IMG/VR virus record: IMGVR_UViG_3300020044_002247
Span: 1-55,360 of that record
DNA: 55,360 nucleotides
DNA from: a virus
Taxonomy: Duplodnaviria; Caudoviricetes
Reading direction: 5' to 3' (one strand)
The position numbers and the translations under genes were made by a program. The notes under the pieces are model-generated. The model had not been told where the DNA came from, searched no databases, and was given only the letters and a program-made list of their open reading frames with translations. Shown piece after piece: positions 47,079 to 54,383 of this stretch (its first letter is position 1; every line of letters starts with the position of its first letter).

Positions 47079-49600
47079 TTAGGTTTTTTCTCCGTTGGTT
47101 GTTTTTGTTTGTTGCTGTTGTTATGTACGTGTTGCAAATGCTGTAGTGCTGCTTGTCTGCGTTGGAAATCGTGTTGCTCTTTGCTCTTGGCCAGATCAAT
47201 ACCCAGACGTACGCCTTCTGCTTCGTTCTGTGCAACCATCTTGGCTTTGTTTTCTTCGATCTGTGCGCCAACTTTCATTGAATCCAACTGCAAACGACCT
47301 TTGATTTCTTCTTTGCGAAGTTCGAGTTCGTCGGCTTTGGTTGCCGCATCGGCTGCAATTTTCTTCTCTTTGAGTGCAACTTCTTGCTGTTTGATCTGCA
47401 GTTCTTGCATTTGCATTTGCACCAACGGGTCTTGCATCTGTTGTTGTGCTTGTTGCTGTGCAGCTTGGCCTTGGCTTTGCTGTAATACTTGTTGTGCCGC
47501 TTGCGCCATCATTGTTGACAATGCTGTCTCAACTTCCGGCGGTAATTGCTCATCTTCTGGCGGTAATGAGAAACCGAGTTGCTGTTCAATCTTCTGACGA
47601 TATGCAAACGCTACGTGCTCACTTATATGTGTAGCCATCGCTGCTTGAATTTGTGGTGCTTTAGGATTCTGTCCTATTAGCTGTGCAATCATTGGATCGC
47701 TAACGGCAGCCATGTGCACTTTAATATGTGACTCATGATCTTGATACAAGAACGCTTTAGTAGGCTCGCTCTTCATTATCATCATGTTCTCTGACACTGG
47801 GTCTTTCGGCTTCATGTCATCTTCAAGCGGTATCAGCTTGTCAGCATTCTTAATACCTAAGACATCCAACATGCCACGATGTAACTGCGGTAAGTCATAA
47901 ATGTCTGGTGCCATCTGCGCCATCTGAATAACAGCTTGGTACTGCACCACGCGTTGAGACATGGTTGCTGCGTTAGGATCAGAGACAGGAATGATGTCGA
48001 CTAAATCGTAATCTTCCTTACGTGCGCGACGCTCGCCATACTCAGGTGTGTACGAGTATTCAGTATCTGCGTAGTCACGAATCAAGTTCTTAATGAGCTT
48101 AAGTTCTTTTTTCAGCGAGAAGTGGATACGTGCTTGTACTGCCGTCATTACTTTTAGTTGACGTTCGAGCAGTGCTAGCGTTGTACCGACAGGTGCTTGC
48201 GCACTCATGTCGGATACATTCATATCAGCCGTCGCAGCAAAGCGACGACCTTCTTCAACTATATTGCCAAGCAGTTGATAAAGAACCGCCGAAGGTTCTT
48301 TGTACGGCAGTGGGAGGATGCTATCTCGTATGTTTCCGCTGGACACGTCAACGTCACGCCACTCGCCGGGGGCGATAGGGGTATCGTCGCCTTTGATCCG
48401 AAGTCCACGGGACTTAAGTCCGCCCGGTAAGTTTGATAATGTCCCGGCATCAACCAGTTGTCGCATGAGGCTGGTTGCGTTTTTGGCGAACCCGCCAACA
48501 AGGTGGAACAATCCAAAGCCATACGCACCGAATCCCGGTATGTATTGGTAGTGGACAAAGTATTCGCGCTTAAGTCTAAGTGGGTCATCTTCTCTCCAGT
48601 TTCTGCGGATCGACAGTATCGTGTCGGTTCCTTTTATTATGGTTACGACGTAAGGCAATGCTATACCTGTCTCATCGCCGTCGTCATCTACATCTTCAAA
48701 GCCTTTTAAATCTAAATCAACGTGGCACTCATATAAGACATAGCGGTCATCATTCAGATCGTTAAAGCCCGTTTCTTTATCTTTAGCTTGCTGAATGTTG
48801 TCGATCTGTCTTGTTGGATCAGGCAGTTCAACGTCACGGTAAAACCCTGCTTGCTGCAACTTCAGAATCTCATTCTTGGTCTTGCGCATGACGTGCGTTA
48901 AGCGATAGCACGTATCCATATCAGTGTTACCGTATGGCAGGAGCACATCTTCGGCAGGCACGAACATCGACACCTGTCGTCCCAAATTGGGATCAAAGTA
49001 AACTTTCTTAAATGCAGAGCCTGTTGCAGGCAACGACCAGAGCATGCGCTCGTGCTCATGACGGTACTCTGTCATGCGCTCGGTCAACTCGTAGTTCATA
49101 TCATCTTCAACGTTCAGTGCAATTTCTTTTATCTCATGCGTTTCCTTGCCTAGAATCTTAGTACGCACAGGACCCTGCGCAGGGAACGTTTCGGTAATTG
49201 TCTCGGCTTGGAAGCGAACAATTGCTTCCGTCAACATTGGATGGAACACGCCACATGCGCCATTCCACGGTTCAGTACGCTCTTCGATCTGCAAGCCCAA
49301 TAGCTTTAAGCCCTCGACATACGCTTTCTCCCACTCTTTACGAGAGCCTTTGTCGTTCTCAATCTCGCCGTCAAGGTCAGACGCAACGGCAGTTAGTGCG
49401 CCATCATCCATTTCTTCAGCAAGGTTGGCATCAAAGTCATCTTCGACTTCGCCTTTCATTATGCTTAACTCAAAGCCCGGACCCTCTATATTGACCGCTT
49501 CGGGATCAATGATCTCAACTTCGATGCCTTCTTCGTCAGCACCGAGTGACTCTAAACCTTTAGGGGCTTGATATAGCCCTTTATCCATATTGGTTGCCAT
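47075..49600 (-). CDS. Portal protein, P22-like with long C-terminal helical barrel
   Basis: 841 aa after TerL; GSAFKKVY, YGFGL, PGEWRDVD; Gln-rich coiled C-terminus. Confidence 0.85.
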   Translation of the reverse strand: MATNMDKGLYQAPKGLESLGADEEGIEVEIIDPEAVNIEGPGFELSIMKGEVEDDFDANLAEEMDDGALTAVASDLDGEIENDKGSRKEWEKAYVEGLKLLGLQIEERTEPWNGACGVFHPMLTEAIVRFQAETITETFPAQGPVRTKILGKETHEIKEIALNVEDDMNYELTERMTEYRHEHERMLWSLPATGSAFKKVYFDPNLGRQVSMFVPAEDVLLPYGNTDMDTCYRLTHVMRKTKNEILKLQQAGFYRDVELPDPTRQIDNIQQAKDKETGFNDLNDDRYVLYECHVDLDLKGFEDVDDDGDETGIALPYVVTIIKGTDTILSIRRNWREDDPLRLKREYFVHYQYIPGFGAYGFGLFHLVGGFAKNATSLMRQLVDAGTLSNLPGGLKSRGLRIKGDDTPIAPGEWRDVDVSSGNIRDSILPLPYKEPSAVLYQLLGNIVEEGRRFAATADMNVSDMSAQAPVGTTLALLERQLKVMTAVQARIHFSLKKELKLIKNLIRDYADTEYSYTPEYGERRARKEDYDLVDIIPVSDPNAATMSQRVVQYQAVIQMAQMAPDIYDLPQLHRGMLDVLGIKNADKLIPLEDDMKPKDPVSENMMIMKSEPTKAFLYQDHESHIKVHMAAVSDPMIAQLIGQNPKAPQIQAAMATHISEHVAFAYRQKIEQQLGFSLPPEDEQLPPEVETALSTMMAQAAQQVLQQSQGQAAQQQAQQQMQDPLVQMQMQELQIKQQEVALKEKKIAADAATKADELELRKEEIKGRLQLDSMKVGAQIEENKAKMVAQNEAEGVRLGIDLAKSKEQHDFQRRQAALQHLQHVHNNSNKQKQPTEKKPK

Positions 49601-49609
49601 TATCTATCC

Positions 49610-51139
49610 TTAATAATATGCCGCTTTGCGTCCGATGCGACTGAACTTGTCGTCACGTTCATCAGAATCAAGGGTAATAAACCCCCCTTGTCTGAAGCGT
49701 AACAATGCCTGAGACGTAGTATCCACGTAATCGTCGTGTTCGCCAACAGGAAATGCGGCGATTTCTTCAATCACTTCTCTTGCCCATCTTGTGTCTGGTG
49801 CCCACACCGTGCCGGACGAAAACAAATCCGATACAGCATTTAGTCGGACGACTTTGTCGTTGCCACGGGAGGGATTGGTTTCTTGGACGGGGATTCCCAT
49901 CGCTCGGAGTTCTTGGATGAGGGGTGCACCAGCCGCCTTTTTCTCCACAATGAAGGCATCGGGTTCCCACTCTTTGTAGTGTTTAAGTGCGACACGCTTT
50001 AGCTCCGGGAAGTCCATACGGTCTTTGAACGCATCCAACAGGATGACCTGCGGCTTCATGTTCTCTTCCTCATTATAGAACACGCCCCACGTTGTGCAAG
50101 CAGAAAAGTCGGCGGTGGTCTTTGCCTCAAACGCCGTATCCCATGACTGTATTATATAGTCGCACTTTGGTGGGTCATCGTGATCCCATAACCGCCAGCT
50201 CTTTCGGGAGATGATGGCTGACGACTCGGATGTCGGCTGCTGCATGTACTGCGCGTTCCAATACCGTGGGTCAAGTGACGCTTTGACTTTCTTCATCGAT
50301 TCCAACGGCCACTGCTCCGGCCACAGACTTTTCTCTTTCTCCGTGTTCTCGAACAGGATCGCTGGCAACTCGACAATCTCCCACGGCTCCGCATCTGGGT
50401 TGCGTGTTTGATAATCCATCAGACGACCTGTCAGGTCGAGCAACGACCACCGCGTCATAACTACTATGATCGCCCCACCCGGCATCAAACGTTGGAGTGG
50501 ACCCGTTTGGAACCAAGACCACGCCGTATCGAACGCGAGTCTACTGTTTGACTTTACATCTTGCTCGGAATGAGGATCATCAATAACAAATAAGTCAGCA
50601 CCACGCCCAGCAAGAGCACCACCAACACCAGCAGCATAATATTGCCCGCCCGCGCCCGTCGACCATTTGCCCGCAGCTTTCTGATCGTCCGCGACAGTCG
50701 TGTCTGGGAATATGGTTTTGTATTCATCTGAGTCAATTAAGTTTCGAACCCTACGACCGAAGTCCTCTGACAGACCTGCGGTGTGGGTGCCCATGATGAT
50801 TTTCTTTTGTGGAAACCTGCCTAAGAAGTACGCCGGGAATAGATACGACGCAAACTCCGATTTTCCGTGGCGAGGCGCGATATTGATAATGACCCTCTTC
50901 TTTTTGCCTGCAATAACATCTTCAAAGATTTTTGCAAGTTTCCGATGGTGCGGGCCAACTTTAAAGCCCGGATAAACTTCGGTTGCGAAGCCCAGTATGG
51001 ATGTCTGCGCGACCTTCTTACCCGCACGAGCCGTCCGTTCTTCGAGGTCAGCAAGTAGTTCTGCTTTCTCCGCCGCAGTGTAGAGGTGTAGATTCTTTTG
51101 GAGTGCCCGAATTTCATTCTGACTCATCAACGGATTCAT
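49610..51139 (-). CDS. terL: Terminase large subunit
   Basis: APRHGKS Walker A, VIDDP Walker B, MTRW, QSWDTA and HDDYVD nuclease motifs. Confidence 0.95.
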   Translation of the reverse strand: MNPLMSQNEIRALQKNLHLYTAAEKAELLADLEERTARAGKKVAQTSILGFATEVYPGFKVGPHHRKLAKIFEDVIAGKKKRVIINIAPRHGKSEFASYLFPAYFLGRFPQKKIIMGTHTAGLSEDFGRRVRNLIDSDEYKTIFPDTTVADDQKAAGKWSTGAGGQYYAAGVGGALAGRGADLFVIDDPHSEQDVKSNSRLAFDTAWSWFQTGPLQRLMPGGAIIVVMTRWSLLDLTGRLMDYQTRNPDAEPWEIVELPAILFENTEKEKSLWPEQWPLESMKKVKASLDPRYWNAQYMQQPTSESSAIISRKSWRLWDHDDPPKCDYIIQSWDTAFEAKTTADFSACTTWGVFYNEEENMKPQVILLDAFKDRMDFPELKRVALKHYKEWEPDAFIVEKKAAGAPLIQELRAMGIPVQETNPSRGNDKVVRLNAVSDLFSSGTVWAPDTRWAREVIEEIAAFPVGEHDDYVDTTSQALLRFRQGGFITLDSDERDDKFSRIGRKAAYY

Positions 51140-51698
51140 GTTCCTCCACTTCCGTCACGTCAGTGACATCGACGATCTGTGCCATTTTGTTAAGCTTCTC
51201 TTTAATACGTAGCTCCAGTTCTGCATCAGACAGCTCGGTTTTCTTGACTTCTATCTTGTCTGTGAACAGCCCGACTTCGGTAATCTTGCCCAACATACCT
51301 AGCGCTTTTAATCTTATAGACGCTGTCGGGTGCTCACAATCTTCCAGTATTTTAGCCACAGCATAGCCACGCAGTTCTTGCGCACGTTCGACAAACTGCC
51401 AATCGTAAGCTGTGAGCATACTAACTAAATGCTGCACTGCAGCAGGGGTTTTAATTTTTGTGAGATTTTGCACAGCCGTATCTGAGCCTGTGGCTACGCC
51501 AGTAAAAGCGTGTTGCACTTGTTGCGTTTGCAAGTTCGTTAAAACTTCTTCTTCGGTGACTGCCCCGATGGATTCTAACCATTCAGTCGTTTTGACTTGC
51601 GCGTCCACGACTGCTGTAGGCTCACTTTTTTCAAGCGGCACAAAGTCTGCGGAGTCGTCGTCCACGTCTGGGGTAAAAAATATTAAGTGATCTAGCAT
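51114..51698 (-). CDS. terS: Terminase small subunit (putative)
   Basis: Directly upstream of terL; RLKALGMLGK...GLF; start at MLDHL behind AAGGA. Confidence 0.6.
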   Translation of the reverse strand: MLDHLIFFTPDVDDDSADFVPLEKSEPTAVVDAQVKTTEWLESIGAVTEEEVLTNLQTQQVQHAFTGVATGSDTAVQNLTKIKTPAAVQHLVSMLTAYDWQFVERAQELRGYAVAKILEDCEHPTASIRLKALGMLGKITEVGLFTDKIEVKKTELSDAELELRIKEKLNKMAQIVDVTDVTEVEEHESVDESE

Positions 51699-51708
51699 GC
51701 GCAGGTCC

Positions 51709-51738
51709 TTTACAACCTCGTTGCGCGGAGTGTATAGT
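51709..51738 (+). promoter_or_regulatory. Putative sigma70 promoter of the sRNA
   Basis: TTTACA-N18-TATAGT. Confidence 0.55.
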
Positions 51739-51744
51739 GCTTTT

Positions 51745-51835
51745 GGCAAGTGTGCAAGCGGCAACGCGAACTCATTTGCTTCTCCTTCACTTGTTTGAGT
51801 GAACTTCGCCCCGGTGCAATACCGGGGATTTTTTT
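51745..51835 (+). ncRNA. Candidate anti-RBS small RNA (~90 nt)
   Basis: Promoter upstream; GCG-GCAA-CGC GNRA hairpin; seed CAUUUGCUUCUCCUU; hairpin UUCACU/AGUGAA; intrinsic terminator. Confidence 0.6.
51809..51835 (+). terminator. Rho-independent terminator on the + strand with no + strand gene upstream
   Basis: CCCCGGT-GCAAT-ACCGGGG-A-T7. Confidence 0.8.
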
Positions 51836-51844
51836 ATAATATTG

Positions 51845-51860
51845 TGTCAAACGTTAGACA
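51845..51860. promoter_or_regulatory. 16-bp palindromic operator candidate (family A)
   Basis: TGTCAAACGTTAGACA, 13/16 identical to 454-469. Confidence 0.55.
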
Positions 51861-52279
51861 CTTATCATCTTGATATTTTGAAATTCGGTCATCAATGCTG
51901 CAAACTCTGCTTTGGTCATGCCGCTTTGCAAAATGATCTTCTCGACTGCATCGTAAGTCTTGCGAGGGGCGACAATCGCTTCACGTTTCGGTGATGATTT
52001 TGCAGAGAGCGATCTGCGTGTTTCACCTCTGAGGTTAGCCATGATGTCACGCACCATTGTTTTCATCGTTTCATACTTGGCGTGCTTGGTAGGCAATACG
52101 ATCTCTCCTCTGAACTCGACAGGCTTTGCACCTTCGAACCTAGTGCACACATACTCGACAACAACCGGACGCTGCGTAGCAGGTGTATCGAAACCCGCTG
52201 CGTGCATCTCGATCTGCATATCGATCTGTGACTCTAAGAAACGTGTGATTGCTGCGAAAGCTGCTTGTTTGTTTGACAT
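51854..52279 (-). CDS. Hypothetical protein, divergent early-type gene
   Basis: 141 aa from MSNKQ with RBS AAGGAGA. Confidence 0.7.
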   Translation of the reverse strand: MSNKQAAFAAITRFLESQIDMQIEMHAAGFDTPATQRPVVVEYVCTRFEGAKPVEFRGEIVLPTKHAKYETMKTMVRDIMANLRGETRRSLSAKSSPKREAIVAPRKTYDAVEKIILQSGMTKAEFAALMTEFQNIKMISV

Positions 52280-52595
52280 GGTAAATCTCCTTTGGGTAAG
52301 TGTTGTGTCGCAGAGCGAATTCCCTATCGACAAGACCCATTATCCATACACCCCGAAACGGTCAGCGATTCTCAGCCTGAATCGGGGTCATTGTGACCCT
52401 GATGATCGGCATATCTCGACCCCACCGTACCCCCACCCACCCTTTTTGACGGGGCTAGGCAGCTCGGCAGAGTATACGTGCAAGAGATAAGCGATAGACG
52501 TACTCATGCTGAGTACTTCCCGTCAGTATACGGGTTGATGTGGGACAAGTGAGCATGAGGGTCACAGTGACCCTTGCAAAATCACCTGTTTCCTA

Positions 52596-52877
52596 CCTAT
52601 CCATGATTTTGCACACTATCCAACACCCATGCCATCGCATAACCCGCGCAGATACTGGCGATGTCTAACTTGTGTCCCATATATATATCTATTTAAAAAT
52701 ACTTATATATACGTGATGGTGTCCTTTCTGGCAGCGGACAAGACTTTATCCTTGACCCTTTGCCCTTGTTGCTTTCTCAAAACATGGTATACTAGGGACA
52801 CAAGTCGTGCAAAGCTAGGCGCAGCAAGGGTTTTGGCGTGGCACGGGTAATGGATACTTAACAAAATCAAGGATACT
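52596..52877. other. Candidate replication origin: 83-bp imperfect inverted arms flanking an AT-rich spacer
   Basis: 52596-52678 vs reverse complement of 52795-52877 align without gaps at 56/83 by hand count; AT tract 52679-52711. Confidence 0.6.
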
Positions 52878-52880
52878 CAC

Positions 52881-53696
52881 ATGGATACCTCATACAAACG
52901 ATACCTCTCGTACCCTAACCGTGAGCTACAAGCGCACCTCGACAAACAGAAGGACACCATGCCAATCGAGGTACGTGAAGAGATCATGCGGCAGGTGCGA
53001 GAGCATCGCAAAGAACTACGCTCAGTCACGGCAAAAAAACGTACGGTGAACGCAGCATGGGCAGAGATCATGCGTCCGCTGAAGAGCGAGCTACGCATTG
53101 TCAAAAACATGGGACGCTATACCTCAAAGACGTACCACGTGCCCGAACGTAGCAAGGCGATCGCTGAATACCGTGCGGTATTGGAAAAGGCGGTCAGGCT
53201 GTTAACAAAATATCAGGCGGGCGATTACACACCACGTGTACTAGCCAAGATGAAGAACGTGCAAAATCATGGCGCGCATTGGGTCGATTGGATACCCGAA
53301 TCGGTGAGGGTCACGGTGACCCTTATGTTTGAAGCGATACCGCATCACTTCAAGGCGAAATCCAAAGTGCCGTTTGAGAGGCGCAATATAGATGACAAGC
53401 GGGACGTGTTGATACGTAGGTTGACACGTACCGTGAAGGAAGAACTCGATCGGGCGTACAAGGACTTAGCCAATGACCCCGATGAGTACGATAACCAAGA
53501 CCATCACGAGTACATAGCCCGTATGGAATTGGCGCAGCAAGCGATCATCGCATTACCGGATGACGCATACATACCTGCCACGTGGCAGGGTTTATTTAAA
53601 CCACCGAAGGAGAATCAAGATGACCCAAGCAGAGAAACTAGTAATGCAATTCAAGAAACAACAAGCGATGAACATACCGACAGTCGTGGTGCATAA
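52881..53696 (+). CDS. Hypothetical basic helical early protein
   Basis: 271 aa; HWVDWIP...PFER...PATWQGL; first gene after the inverted repeat. Confidence 0.75.
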   Translation: MDTSYKRYLSYPNRELQAHLDKQKDTMPIEVREEIMRQVREHRKELRSVTAKKRTVNAAWAEIMRPLKSELRIVKNMGRYTSKTYHVPERSKAIAEYRAVLEKAVRLLTKYQAGDYTPRVLAKMKNVQNHGAHWVDWIPESVRVTVTLMFEAIPHHFKAKSKVPFERRNIDDKRDVLIRRLTRTVKEELDRAYKDLANDPDEYDNQDHHEYIARMELAQQAIIALPDDAYIPATWQGLFKPPKENQDDPSRETSNAIQETTSDEHTDSRGA

Positions 53697-53805
53697 CCAC
53701 GAGTCATTGACTACGTACAAATTCGACAACCTGCAGGATTTGTTAGCGTATCTCGATGAGCAAAGCGATACGCTGTCGTTTGCGATTGACGTACCAGTGG
53801 AGTAA
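53620..53805 (+). CDS. Small early protein
   Basis: Start MTQAEK behind GAAGGAG. Confidence 0.6.
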   Translation: MTQAEKLVMQFKKQQAMNIPTVVVHNHESLTTYKFDNLQDLLAYLDEQSDTLSFAIDVPVE

Positions 53806-53810
53806 GCAAA

Positions 53811-53990
53811 ATGATACGACCACCGATGCCACGCATACCACGCACACGTGCAACCAATCTCAGCGACAAGGGCATGACGTTGCTGCAGTTTGCGGAGTAC
53901 GTAATAAACAAGGCACGTGTGCACGTGCCAACTACTATCAACATGGGGGTCACTGTGACCCCCAACCAACCGGAAGGAGCAGCAAAATGA
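53811..53990 (+). CDS. 59-aa early protein (absent from the ORF track)
   Basis: GGAG RBS; MIRPPMPR...; ATGA coupling to the next gene. Confidence 0.55.
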   Translation: MIRPPMPRIPRTRATNLSDKGMTLLQFAEYVINKARVHVPTTINMGVTVTPNQPEGAAK

Positions 53991-54178
53991 CCAATGCTGA
54001 AGTCGAAAAAAAGATGGAGCACTTAGCGCACTCGTTAGATGGTGCACTCGATCTGTTATCAGGCGACATCTGGTACGCAGATAAGGTGTTGTATCGAGAG
54101 GACGTAACCGATGCGTTGAATGACGCATACCGCAGCGTTACAAAAGCAATCGACTTACTGAAAGGAAAAGCAAAATGA
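53987..54178 (+). CDS. 63-aa early protein
   Basis: MTNAEVEKK behind GAAGGAG. Confidence 0.65.
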   Translation: MTNAEVEKKMEHLAHSLDGALDLLSGDIWYADKVLYREDVTDALNDAYRSVTKAIDLLKGKAK

Positions 54179-54315
54179 GACCGTATTACTTTAATTACCG
54201 TGTGGGCAACAACGTCCATGCGGGCGAGTTTTGGACATCGGCTGCACATTACGTGGAAGCGATGATCAAAAGAGTGCACCCCGATGCCTACCGCATCGTG
54301 GTGTGGAGAGCGTAG
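54175..54315 (+). CDS. 46-aa early protein (absent from the ORF track)
   Basis: MRPYYFNY...VWRA; AAGGA RBS; ATGA coupling. Confidence 0.55.
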   Translation: MRPYYFNYRVGNNVHAGEFWTSAAHYVEAMIKRVHPDAYRIVVWRA

Positions 54316-54383
54316 TACCCGTAGCAAAATCATGGGGGTCATTGTGACCCTCAACCTAACTAACCGAATGGAGATTTTCAATT

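Larger units (their letters stand above)
52385..54350. repeat. Five dispersed copies of the 15-bp palindrome GGGTCAY-N-GTGACCC (operator family B)
   Basis: 52385-52399, 52559-52573, 53308-53322, 53947-53961, 54336-54350. Confidence 0.9.

Noticed and set aside
51699-51764. N-terminal extension of TerS given in the ORF track
   Set aside because: It relies on a TTG start, whereas ATG 51698 has a well-spaced AAGGA.
51710-51775. 21-codon - strand uORF MSSRCRLHTCQKHYTLRATRL with a perfect RBS upstream of terS
   Set aside because: Not called as a CDS. The GNRA loop, promoter and U-tract polarity all favour a + strand RNA. It is kept as the main alternative explanation for the sRNA seed.
53756-53986. 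Upstream part of the 140-aa ORF in the track
   Set aside because: Better explained by two real small genes (ending 53805, and 53811-53990) and a true start at 53987 with a strong RBS.
52385-54350. Palindromic repeats as a CRISPR array or integron attC sites
   Set aside because: Spacing is irregular (170-750 bp), copies lie inside ORFs, and no cas or integrase gene is present.
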